Assembly (NCBI GenBank): GCA_015066245.1
Contig: SVOS01000002.1
Coordinates: 51,000 to 114,999, forward strand
Length of the DNA stretch: 64,000 nt
Source: Oscillospiraceae bacterium
GTDB lineage: Bacteria; Bacillota; Clostridia; Oscillospirales; Acutalibacteraceae
Reading direction: 5' to 3'
Both the position numbers and the translations under genes were made by a program. The notes beneath the pieces were generated by a model that had not been told where the DNA came from, did no database searches, and saw nothing but the letters and a program-made list of their open reading frames with translations. Below, piece after piece: positions 28,280-36,923 of the stretch. The first letter of the stretch is position 1. Every line of letters begins with the position of its first letter.

Positions 28280-28486
28280 ATGGGTAAAATTGTACTTAGG
28301 CTTGACAGAATGATGGTAGAGCGCAAGATGTCGCTCAATGAGCTTTCCGAGCGTGTAGGCATTTCAAACGTAAATATGTCAAAAATCAAAAACAACAAGG
28401 TAACCGCAATCAGATTCGCTACTCTGGCATCTATATGTGAGGCTTTAGAGTGTGAGGCAGGAGATATTCTGGAATATTGCGAATAA
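28280..28486 (+). CDS. Cro/C1-type HTH regulator (YozG-like)
   Basis: LDRMMVERKMSLNELSERVGISNVNMSKIK..CEALECEAGDILEY. Confidence 0.85.
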   Translation: MGKIVLRLDRMMVERKMSLNELSERVGISNVNMSKIKNNKVTAIRFATLASICEALECEAGDILEYCE

Positions 28487-28761
28487 ATTAATTAAGGTAA
28501 TGAAAAATAGGCAAAAAGAGAACGCGAATTCTGGCGTTCTCTTTTTTGTTTGCTGTCTAAATAAGGCTCTTATATATCTTTTTGGGGATAATATTTCATC
28601 ACGTTGATAAAATATTGTGTAAAGTGCACAATAAAATCTTAAAAATCTTAGTGGGATAGTGAATTGTGAAATGGTTTCAGTTTTGTTATAATTAGTTTTA
28701 GGTTATTGAAAAATAACCTGCGTTCTGCCTAAGACAGAACGTCGAAAGGAGACAAATTATC

Positions 28762-30828
28762 GTGAAACAGTACACTAAGGACAAGATTTACAACATTGCA
28801 TTAGCAGGACATAGCGAAGCAGGTAAGACATCGCTTGCAGAGGCAATGCTGTACTTGACAAAGGCAACTGACCGTCTGGGTAAGGTAGCAGACGGAAACA
28901 CAGTTATGGACTTTGACCCCGAAGAGATTAAAAGACAGATTTCCGTATCCACTTCTATGGCTCCCATTGAGTGGAAAGACGCAAAAATAAATACTCTTGA
29001 TACTCCCGGTCGTTTTGGTTTTGTTGCAGGCGTAGTTGAGGCTATGTTTGCTGCTGATACTGCAGTTGTTGTAGTCGGCGCAAAGAGCGGCGTAAAGGTT
29101 GGTACAGAAAAGGCAGTTAAGGCTGCAAAGACAAGAAACCTCCCCAAAATCTTCGTTATCAACGGTATGTGTGACGAAGGCGTGGATTTCTTCGGAATTA
29201 TTGATGATTTGAGAGACCAGTTCGGTTCTTCTGTTTGTCCTGTTGTTATCCCCGAGATTCAGGGCACAGCTGTTAAGAGCTATCTCAATATTATTGACGG
29301 CACTGCATACACATACGCTCAGGGCAAGGCTACTGCTTGTGCGGCTCCTGAGATTTTGCAGGCTGAGGACTACAAATCATATCTTACAGAGGCAGTTGCT
29401 GAGTCCTCTGAGGAGCTTATGGATAAGTACTTTGAAGCAGGCGAGCTTTCTGCTGATGATATCAAATCAGGTCTTAAGGCTGCAGTTCAGAATGGCTCCG
29501 TTTGTCCTGTTATCTGCCTTGACGCAGTAAAGCTTGAGGCTATTGATCTGCTTATGGATTCAATCGTTGCTTATGCACCTACTCCTGCTGATATCGGTAC
29601 ATTTATGGCCAAGACAGAGGACGGCGAGGACATCGAGCTTAAGATTGATGACGAAGAGAAGAACGCAGCTATTATCTTCAAGACAGTTGCTGACCCCTTT
29701 GTTGGTAAACTTTCTTATATCAAGGTTATTTCTGGTCAGATTTCTCCCGCTAAGGAAGTATTCAATATGCGTCTTGGCGAGAAAATGAGAATTACAAAGG
29801 TTGTTACAAGCCGCGGTAAAAAGCAGATTGATATGGATTATATCGGTGCCGGTGATATCGGTGCTATTCCCAAGCTCAGCGGTGCAAAAACAGGCGACAC
29901 ACTCTGCTCACCTCACAAGAAGGTAGTTATCGAGCCTGCTACATATCCCGGTACTGCTTTCTCTATGGCAGTATATCCAAAGAAGAAGGGCGACGAAGAT
30001 AAGGTTGCTCAGGGTATCGCCAAGCTTATGGGCGAAGACCTTACAATCAACTTCAAGTCTGATGCAGAGACAAAGGAAATGGTTGTTTCAGGTATGGGCG
30101 AGGCTCATATTGATGTTATTATCTCCAAGCTTAAGGCTAAGTATAATGTAGAAGTTACCTTGCAGGTACCCAGAGTTGCTTATCGTGAGGCTATCCGTAA
30201 GAAGGTACAGGTTCAGGGCAGACACAAGAAGCAGTCCGGTGGTGCCGGTCAGTTCGGTGATGTTTGGATTGAGTTTGAGCCTTGTGAGGCAGAGGGCCTG
30301 GAGTTTGGCGAGAGAGTTGTAGGCGGCTCTGTTCCCAAAAACTTCTTCCCCGCAGTTGAAAAGGGCTTGCTCGAAGCTATCAAGAAGGGTCCCCTTGCAG
30401 GTTATCCCGTAGTTGGCCTTAAGGCTACACTTTATGACGGCTCTTACCATCCCGTTGACTCCAACGAAATGGCGTTCAAGATGGCAGCTAAGATTGCCTT
30501 TAAGAATGGTATGGCAGTGGCTAACCCCACACTCCTTGAGCCTATCGGTACACTTAAAGCTTCTGTTCCCGACAACAAGACAGGTGACGTTATGGGTGAC
30601 GTTAACAAGCGTCGCGGACGTATTCTCGGCATGAATCCAGGCGAAAAGGGCATGCAGGTTGTTGAGGCAGAGGTTCCTATGGCTGAGATGCATGACTTCG
30701 CAACATTTATGCGTAAGACTACACACGGCAGAGGATACTTCACATTTGACTTTGTTCGCTACGAGGATGCTCCCGGCAACGTTGCTCAGGCAGTAATTGC
30801 AGCAGCAAAGGTAGAAGACGACGAATAA
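28762..30828 (+). CDS. Elongation factor G paralog (EF-G2-type) with degenerate GTPase motifs
   Basis: GHSEAGKTS, EEIKRQIS, DTPGRFGF, INGMCD; domain IV HKKQSGGAGQFG and GSYHPVDS are intact. Confidence 0.9.
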   Translation: MKQYTKDKIYNIALAGHSEAGKTSLAEAMLYLTKATDRLGKVADGNTVMDFDPEEIKRQISVSTSMAPIEWKDAKINTLDTPGRFGFVAGVVEAMFAADTAVVVVGAKSGVKVGTEKAVKAAKTRNLPKIFVINGMCDEGVDFFGIIDDLRDQFGSSVCPVVIPEIQGTAVKSYLNIIDGTAYTYAQGKATACAAPEILQAEDYKSYLTEAVAESSEELMDKYFEAGELSADDIKSGLKAAVQNGSVCPVICLDAVKLEAIDLLMDSIVAYAPTPADIGTFMAKTEDGEDIELKIDDEEKNAAIIFKTVADPFVGKLSYIKVISGQISPAKEVFNMRLGEKMRITKVVTSRGKKQIDMDYIGAGDIGAIPKLSGAKTGDTLCSPHKKVVIEPATYPGTAFSMAVYPKKKGDEDKVAQGIAKLMGEDLTINFKSDAETKEMVVSGMGEAHIDVIISKLKAKYNVEVTLQVPRVAYREAIRKKVQVQGRHKKQSGGAGQFGDVWIEFEPCEAEGLEFGERVVGGSVPKNFFPAVEKGLLEAIKKGPLAGYPVVGLKATLYDGSYHPVDSNEMAFKMAAKIAFKNGMAVANPTLLEPIGTLKASVPDNKTGDVMGDVNKRRGRILGMNPGEKGMQVVEAEVPMAEMHDFATFMRKTTHGRGYFTFDFVRYEDAPGNVAQAVIAAAKVEDDE

Positions 30829-30888
30829 AAATATAGCTGAGGCAGGCAGATTTTTCTGCCTGCCTTGTTGATTGGATGTGATTATATT

Positions 30889-31824
30889 ATGAAAAAAGCT
30901 GTTGTTGCGTTGATATCAGTTTTGTTAATTTCTATATTATCTGTTTCAGGTGTCAGCGCCTATCAGATGCCCGAAGGGATGCTTGTTACATTGACCGAGG
31001 GCGAAAGCTTTGAGAATATCCAAAGCCCACAGGTTTACGGTTATGTCGGTGACACTGATTTGAACGGTAAGGTGAATATCAAGGACGCCACCGCTATCCA
31101 GAAATTCCTTGCAAGTATTATAGAATTTGATGAGGACGCAAAGCGTCTGGCAGATGCGGATTTGTCAGGCAAAATCAACGTTAAGGATGCTACCGCCATT
31201 CAGAAATTTCTTGCAGGTATAAGCTCAGAGGCACCTGTGTACCATGCACTTTTCGCAACAGACGACGAGGCAAGGTTTCAGTTTATGCTTGGCTCATGGG
31301 CAGCAAAAATCAACATTTCAAAGGAATTGAATAATGCCTTTGCTGATAGTAACAACGGGCTTGGCTTTGATTTTAAGGGCATTGAGGTAGGCGTTCTGCT
31401 GACCTTAAATGAAGATATGAGCTATAGCCTTGAATACGACGACAGAACCTTTGCGGAAACTCTTAATCAGCTCAGAAAAGAGTATTCTGAGGGTATGATT
31501 AAGTATTTTGAGCAGTTTATCAAGGATAACAAGCTCAACACAACCGTAGAAAAAATTCTTGAGACATCGGGATACAAATCGGTTGAGGATTTTGTCAACG
31601 CGGCAGTATCAGAAGAAAAGCTTAAGGCACTTATGGATATCGACACAGTAAAAGGCAAGTTCAAGGTTGATAAAAACACGGTATTTATAACAAATACAAA
31701 TATTACCGACGATGAGTATGTGGGATATTTTGACTTTGGCTTTTACGACACAAACCTCATGATTGAAAACGGTAATCTCTTTGAAAACCATGACTTTTAT
31801 CCCATAATTTTTGAACGACAGTAA
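30889..31824 (+). CDS. Secreted protein with N-terminal dockerin and an uncharacterised C-terminal domain
   Basis: Signal peptide; GDTDLNGKVNIKDATAIQK / ADADLSGKINVKDATAIQK. Confidence 0.85.
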   Translation: MKKAVVALISVLLISILSVSGVSAYQMPEGMLVTLTEGESFENIQSPQVYGYVGDTDLNGKVNIKDATAIQKFLASIIEFDEDAKRLADADLSGKINVKDATAIQKFLAGISSEAPVYHALFATDDEARFQFMLGSWAAKINISKELNNAFADSNNGLGFDFKGIEVGVLLTLNEDMSYSLEYDDRTFAETLNQLRKEYSEGMIKYFEQFIKDNKLNTTVEKILETSGYKSVEDFVNAAVSEEKLKALMDIDTVKGKFKVDKNTVFITNTNITDDEYVGYFDFGFYDTNLMIENGNLFENHDFYPIIFERQ

Positions 31825-31859
31825 AACACTAACGCCCTGTACCTTTATCGGTACAGGGC
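31825..31859 (+). repeat. 35-bp terminator-like hairpin, left copy of an inverted repeat pair
   Basis: AACACTAACGCCCTGTACCTTTATCGGTACAGGGC; 34/35 identical to the reverse complement of 32908-32942. Confidence 0.9.
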
Positions 31860-31888
31860 GTTTTATTGTGTTTTATGTCAAACAAATA

Positions 31889-32302
31889 TTAGGATTGATA
31901 CATAAATCTGTATCCTTCTAATTTAGAAGATGAAGTGTAATTTATACGAGCAGGGTCGATATAGAAATAATTGTGTATACTTGTATCGAGTTCCCATTGA
32001 TACGAAACAGTTACATAGTGTCCTATAGGTAGTCCGGCTGCGGCTTCGCCTTCTGTTGCCATAACAGTTAAACAATTTTTGCATTGCCAACACTTCATAT
32101 AAGTATATATGGGTTCGCCTGTGTATTTATTATATAAATGTGCATAGCAATGAGAAACCATTTGGCAAATTCCATTTCCACCGCTACAAGGCGTATGAAC
32201 CAAAGGCTCCATAACATCTTCTGCTGAAACATATATAGCTAAAGAACATATAATTAGAATAGCAAGAATTAATGAAGTAGTTTTATATAGAATCTTTTTC
32301 AT
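31889..32302 (-). CDS. Small secreted Cys-rich hypothetical protein (137 aa)
   Basis: AAGGAGG SD; signal peptide ending YVSA; six Cys including CWQCKNC. Confidence 0.75.
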   Translation of the reverse strand: MKKILYKTTSLILAILIICSLAIYVSAEDVMEPLVHTPCSGGNGICQMVSHCYAHLYNKYTGEPIYTYMKCWQCKNCLTVMATEGEAAAGLPIGHYVTVSYQWELDTSIHNYFYIDPARINYTSSSKLEGYRFMYQS

Positions 32303-32303
32303 G

Positions 32304-32690
32304 TCAATTTCCTCCTTGTTCACTTCTTGTGTATTCATGTGTTTGATTAAAAGCTTCAATTTTAAGGGTGTTTCCTTCTATCTTAAATGGATAAACATGT
32401 AAATCAGCATCCAGTTTTTCACCTTCGCTTGACGTTATTATGAGGTTATTACCATCAACAGTATATTCAAAAATGAAAACATCTTCTTTGTTATCGGGAT
32501 GCTTATTAGTTATATTGCCCTGGGAATTATCCATGAAATTAAGATATACATCTATGGTGTTGTAATCTAAACCGATTACTGTTCCTGTGGTATACCAGCT
32601 TCCTTCTATTGACGGTTCATCAGGTTGATTGCATGCACCAAGCATAAAAAGCATCAAAATAAATATAACGATTAAAAATGTTTTTTTCAT
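32304..32690 (-). CDS. Lipoprotein, lipocalin-like beta-rich
   Basis: GAGGTG SD; lipobox LGAC; IEGSW..F..YTVDGNNLII pattern. Confidence 0.8.
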   Translation of the reverse strand: MKKTFLIVIFILMLFMLGACNQPDEPSIEGSWYTTGTVIGLDYNTIDVYLNFMDNSQGNITNKHPDNKEDVFIFEYTVDGNNLIITSSEGEKLDADLHVYPFKIEGNTLKIEAFNQTHEYTRSEQGGN

Positions 32691-32703
32691 TATTTCACCT
32701 CTT

Positions 32704-32736
32704 TTAATGTTTGTTAATTAAGAATAAAAGATACAT
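32704..32736 (-). CDS. Putative 10-aa peptide MYLLFLINKH
   Basis: GAGGTG SD about 6 nt upstream of ATG; lies between a SigA promoter and the lipoprotein SD. Confidence 0.4.
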   Translation of the reverse strand: MYLLFLINKH

Positions 32737-32788
32737 TGGTATCACCTCATAAATAGACTAAAATAAATCCATTCTTTTATCTGAGTAA

Positions 32789-32817
32789 ATTATACAGCAC
32801 ACGGTTGTCGTTTGCAA
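32789..32817 (-). promoter_or_regulatory. SigA promoter of the cassette
   Basis: TTGCAA, 17 nt, TATAAT on the minus strand. Confidence 0.75.
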
Positions 32818-32907
32818 TAGAATAAAATTAATTTGTATAGATCAACAAATTAAACGGAATGTGTTTGTACAGTTCGATGAATATCAATTAGCAATAATAA
32901 AACTGAT

Positions 32908-32942
32908 GCCCTGTACCAATAAAGGTACAGGGCGTTAGTGTT
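32908..32942 (-). repeat. 35-bp terminator-like hairpin, right (inverted) copy
   Basis: Reverse complement AACACTAACGCCCTGTACCTTTATTGGTACAGGGC, 5 nt after the stop of the LRR-dockerin gene. Confidence 0.9.
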
Positions 32943-32947
32943 GTAAG

Positions 32948-34414
32948 TTAATCTTCTTTAATGGGGTATTCTACGATACCTGCCAGGAATTTCTGAATCT
33001 GAGTTGCATCTTTGATGTTGATTTTTGTATTAAGGTCAAAGTCTGCAACAGCTAAAGCTTCGTCCTCAAGGGTAATCATTTTTGCAAGGTGTTTCTGAAT
33101 AGCTGTGGTGTCCTTGATGTTAACCTTGCCGTCAAGAGTTACGTCGCCAAGCTTAAATTTACTTCCTGCAGGAGTTGATTCTGTGGGGGTTGTAGAAGTT
33201 GTAGAATCGGAACCTGCGGGAGTTGTGCTTGTAGTGGGAGCAGTAGAGGATGTTGCAGGGGTGCTCTCTGAGGGGTCTGTGTTCTGAGTTGCAGGATCAG
33301 TAGGTTTGGTTGCTGGCTCAGTTGGGTCTGAAGGTGTTGTGGGAGCTTCAGAAGATGGGGGCTCTGTGGGGTCTGAAGGAGCGTTTGATGAGGGCTCAGT
33401 CACAACAGGCTTGCTTTCTGTGGGTGTTTCTGTGGGGGTAGTGTCCTCAATCTCTATTGCATCATAAGAGATTGACATATCCATACAGTAGCTTTCTGCT
33501 TTGCTGCCCTTTACGCAAGTGGCTTTGAAGTTGTTATTGACTCTGTACTCGAAGGTGAACTCGTCATAAACAAAGCCAAAGGCATAGTCGCCGATGGATG
33601 TAACGGATGCGGGAATAGAGAGAGCCTTAAGTGCAGTACCGTCAAATGCCATTTCGCCGATAGTCTCAAGACCTTCGTTTAATGTAACTTTTTCCAAAGA
33701 AGTTGTGTTGTAAAAAGCAGAGTTACCGATTGTCTTGACAGATGCAGGGATATTAACCTCTTTGAGATGCGAATCGAAGAAGAAAGCTTTGTCATCAATA
33801 GTCCTGAGGTTTTCGGGAAGTGTGATTTTGTCAAGACTGTAGTTGTATGCAAAGGCAAATTTGCCGATATGCTCTAAAGTAGAGGGGAGAGTAACGCTTT
33901 TGAGATGAGAGCAGGTCTCAAAGGCACCGTCGTCAATCATCTTGACACCCTCGGGGATTTTAATGCTCTCAAGTCTTGTATCATAGGAAAAACAGTTGTT
34001 GCTGATGGAAGTGATACCTTTGCCAAGGTTGACATCTTCAAGGTATACACAGTAGGAAAAAGCTGAATTGCCGACAGAAGTTACACTGTCGGGAATGGTA
34101 ACGGATTTGAGAGAGTTGCAGTTGTAAAATGCTTTTTCGCCAATGGTCTTTACACCGTTTTCGATGGTTACAGAGGTGATGTTCTTGTTCTGATAGAAGG
34201 CATTGTCTGCAATAGCTACCACCTTAGCGGACTCTAAGGTAGCAGGAATTGTGATATTGCCGCCTGTACCCTTGTAGCCAGTAATGGTAGCCTCAGTACC
34301 GCTTAATGTGTAAATAAAATTTTCAGCTTCCAGTGCAATAGTATTGAAGGCAGACACACTTAAAAGTGACAGAGCCATGACTAAAACCAGCACCACGGAA
34401 ATAAGCTTTTTCAT
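32948..34414 (-). CDS. Secreted BspA-like leucine-rich-repeat protein with Pro/Thr/Ser linker and C-terminal dockerin
   Basis: Signal peptide; repeated L.S.TIP..V..IG..AF units; GDVTLDGKVNIKDT / ADFDLNTKINIKDAT. Confidence 0.9.
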   Translation of the reverse strand: MKKLISVVLVLVMALSLLSVSAFNTIALEAENFIYTLSGTEATITGYKGTGGNITIPATLESAKVVAIADNAFYQNKNITSVTIENGVKTIGEKAFYNCNSLKSVTIPDSVTSVGNSAFSYCVYLEDVNLGKGITSISNNCFSYDTRLESIKIPEGVKMIDDGAFETCSHLKSVTLPSTLEHIGKFAFAYNYSLDKITLPENLRTIDDKAFFFDSHLKEVNIPASVKTIGNSAFYNTTSLEKVTLNEGLETIGEMAFDGTALKALSIPASVTSIGDYAFGFVYDEFTFEYRVNNNFKATCVKGSKAESYCMDMSISYDAIEIEDTTPTETPTESKPVVTEPSSNAPSDPTEPPSSEAPTTPSDPTEPATKPTDPATQNTDPSESTPATSSTAPTTSTTPAGSDSTTSTTPTESTPAGSKFKLGDVTLDGKVNIKDTTAIQKHLAKMITLEDEALAVADFDLNTKINIKDATQIQKFLAGIVEYPIKED

Positions 34415-34540
34415 AAAAGCACCGCCTTGTATATTGATACATAAAGTATATAATAATTCGCAAAGTTAGTCAACAAAATTGTCAAAAATATGCAAAAACA
34501 GCTCCCTCTTTCAAGGGAGCTGAAATTTTATAGAAATTAA

Positions 34541-36052
34541 TTATTTGATAATTGATGTGCCGTCCATCTCAGCAGGCTGAGGAAGGTTCATAATCTTGAG
34601 CATTGTGGGAGCAATGTCAGCAAGTCTGCCGCCTTCTCTGAGCTCGCAGGGATAACCAACAACGCAGAACTTAACGGGGTTTGTGGTGTGGGCTGTAAAG
34701 GGAGAGCCGTCTTCCTCAAACATCTTGTCAGCGTTGCCGTGGTCAGCGGTGATAAGTGTTGTACCGCCCATTTCGTCAACTGCCTCAACTACCTTGCCAA
34801 CGCAAGCGTCAACTGCCTCAACTGCCTTGACGGCTGCCTCAAATACGCCTGTGTGACCAACCATATCGCAGTTAGCAAAGTTTAAGATAATCATATCATA
34901 CTTACCTGTGCGGATAGCATCTACGCACTTGTCGCAAACTTCGTAAGCACTCATCTCAGGCTGTAAATCGTAGGTTGCAACCTTGGGAGAAGCAACAAGG
35001 ATTCTGTCCTCGCCTGCGTAAGTCTTTTCGATACCGCCGTTGAAGAAGAATGTTACATGAGCATACTTCTCGGTCTCGGCAATTCGAAGCTGGCTAAGAC
35101 CCATATCGGATACATACTCGCCAAGAGTATTCTTAAGTGTCTGGGGCTTGAATGCAACATCTACGTTGGGCATTGTTGCATCGTACTGAGTCATACAAAC
35201 GTAGTTGAGCTTGAAGAAGCCGTTGCGTCTCTCAAATCCGTCAAAAGCCTCGTCAACAAAAGTACGAGTGATTTCTCTTGCTCTGTCGGGACGGAAGTTG
35301 TAAAGAATTACAGAGTCGCCCTCTGCAATTGTTCTGCCGCCTTCGATAACTGTGGGAACAACAAACTCGTCAGTAACCTCTTTTGCATAAGAGTCAGCAA
35401 CTGCCTGAACTGCGTCCTGTGCCTTTTCGCCTTCGCCGTAAACCATAGCAGCGTAAGCTTTCTCAACTCTTTCCCAACGGTTGTCTCTGTCCATTGCGTA
35501 GTATCTGCCCATAACGGAAGCAACTTTACCTACGCCGATTTTCTCCATCTCAGCAACACAGTCAGCAACAAAGCCCTGACCGCTTGTGGGAGAAACATCA
35601 CGACCGTCTAAAAATGCGTGAACATAAACTTCTTTGAGGCCCTTCTGCTTAGCAAGCTCAAGGATGCCGTACATGTGAGTGTTGTGGCTATGAACACCAC
35701 CATCGGAAAGAAGACCGATAAGGTGAAGTGCAGTGCCGTTTTCTATGCAGTTGTCAACCGCCTTAACGAGAGCCTCGTTTTCGAAGAAATCACCGTCTTT
35801 GATAGACTTTGTGATTCGTGTGAGCTCCTGATATACAACTCTGCCTGCACCGATGTTGGTGTGACCAACCTCAGAGTTTCCCATCTGACCCTCAGGAAGA
35901 CCAACGTCCATACCTGATGCGCCGATAGCTACAGAAGGGTTTTCGGCAAAGATTTTGTCAAGGTTAGGTGTGTTTGCGGCCTCGATAGCGTTGCCCTCTT
36001 TGGGTGCAATGCCAAAGCCGTCAAGAATACATAAAAGTAAAGTTTTTTTCAT
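34541..36052 (-). CDS. gpmI: 2,3-bisphosphoglycerate-independent phosphoglycerate mutase
   Basis: ILDGFG, QMGNSEVGH, GRYYAMDRD, AETEKYAHVT, DMVGHTG, TADHGN. Confidence 0.97.
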   Translation of the reverse strand: MKKTLLLCILDGFGIAPKEGNAIEAANTPNLDKIFAENPSVAIGASGMDVGLPEGQMGNSEVGHTNIGAGRVVYQELTRITKSIKDGDFFENEALVKAVDNCIENGTALHLIGLLSDGGVHSHNTHMYGILELAKQKGLKEVYVHAFLDGRDVSPTSGQGFVADCVAEMEKIGVGKVASVMGRYYAMDRDNRWERVEKAYAAMVYGEGEKAQDAVQAVADSYAKEVTDEFVVPTVIEGGRTIAEGDSVILYNFRPDRAREITRTFVDEAFDGFERRNGFFKLNYVCMTQYDATMPNVDVAFKPQTLKNTLGEYVSDMGLSQLRIAETEKYAHVTFFFNGGIEKTYAGEDRILVASPKVATYDLQPEMSAYEVCDKCVDAIRTGKYDMIILNFANCDMVGHTGVFEAAVKAVEAVDACVGKVVEAVDEMGGTTLITADHGNADKMFEEDGSPFTAHTTNPVKFCVVGYPCELREGGRLADIAPTMLKIMNLPQPAEMDGTSIIK

Positions 36053-36066
36053 ATTATCAACTCCGA

Positions 36067-36834
36067 TTATTTGCTTGCAGCCTTAACGATAGCAGCAAAC
36101 TTTTCAGCAACAAGAGAAGCACCGCCGATAAGGCCGCCGTCAACGTTAACCTTGGAGAGAAGCTCGTCTGCGTTTGCATCGTTCATAGAACCGCCGTACT
36201 GAATTGTTGTAGCCTCTGCAACTTCATTTGTGTAAAGCTCAGCAATGCACTCACGGATAATGCCGCAAACTTCATCAGCCTGCTCTGCAGTAGCAGTAAG
36301 ACCTGTGCCGATAGCCCAAACAGGCTCGTAAGCGATAACGATACGGCTCATTTCCTCAGCAGAAACACCCATAAGAGCAATCTTAGTCTGCATTCTTACA
36401 ACTTCAGCAGTAACGTCCTGCTCTCTCTGCTCGAGGTACTCACCAACGCAGAGGATAACTGTAAGACCTGCATCAAGAGCAGCTCTTACTCTGTCTCTTA
36501 CTGTTTTGTCTGTTTCGCCGAAATACTGACGACGCTCACTGTGTCCGATGATAACATACTTAAGACCCATGGATGCAAGCATATCAGCAGAAATCTCAGC
36601 AGTGAAAGCACCGCTCTTTGCCCAGTGGCAGTTTTCTGCACCAATCTGGATGTTTGTGCCCTTTGCAGCCTCAAGTGCAGGGTAAAGGTCAACATAAGGT
36701 ACGCATGCGATTACTTCGCAGTCTGCGTCTTTAACGAGAGGAGCAATAGCTGTGATAAGCTCTGTAGCCTCTGCGGGAGTTTTGTTCATTTTCCAGTTAC
36801 CAGCGATGATAGTTTTTCTTGTAGCCTTGTTCAT
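36067..36834 (-). CDS. tpiA: Triosephosphate isomerase
   Basis: AGNWKMN, IGHSERR, AYEPVWAIGTG, YGGS, LIGGASL. Confidence 0.97.
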   Translation of the reverse strand: MNKATRKTIIAGNWKMNKTPAEATELITAIAPLVKDADCEVIACVPYVDLYPALEAAKGTNIQIGAENCHWAKSGAFTAEISADMLASMGLKYVIIGHSERRQYFGETDKTVRDRVRAALDAGLTVILCVGEYLEQREQDVTAEVVRMQTKIALMGVSAEEMSRIVIAYEPVWAIGTGLTATAEQADEVCGIIRECIAELYTNEVAEATTIQYGGSMNDANADELLSKVNVDGGLIGGASLVAEKFAAIVKAASK

Positions 36835-36923
36835 TATTATATCCTTCTTTCAAAGTAAAATTTGTTATTACATAGCTACAGGGCGAAGTGAAAAAGCTCC
36901 GCCCTGAAGATTATTTACTAAAA

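Noticed and set aside
31825-31866. 35-bp repeat as an integron attC site
   Set aside because: It lacks proper RYYYAAC/GTTRRRY boxes and extrahelical bases, the copies are inverted rather than direct, and no integrase is present
31856-31883. dif site at the strand switch (TTATGTCAAAC resembles a XerD arm)
   Set aside because: The spacer and XerC arm do not match known dif sites; a similar half-match at about 44411-44438 coincides with the citrate synthase promoter
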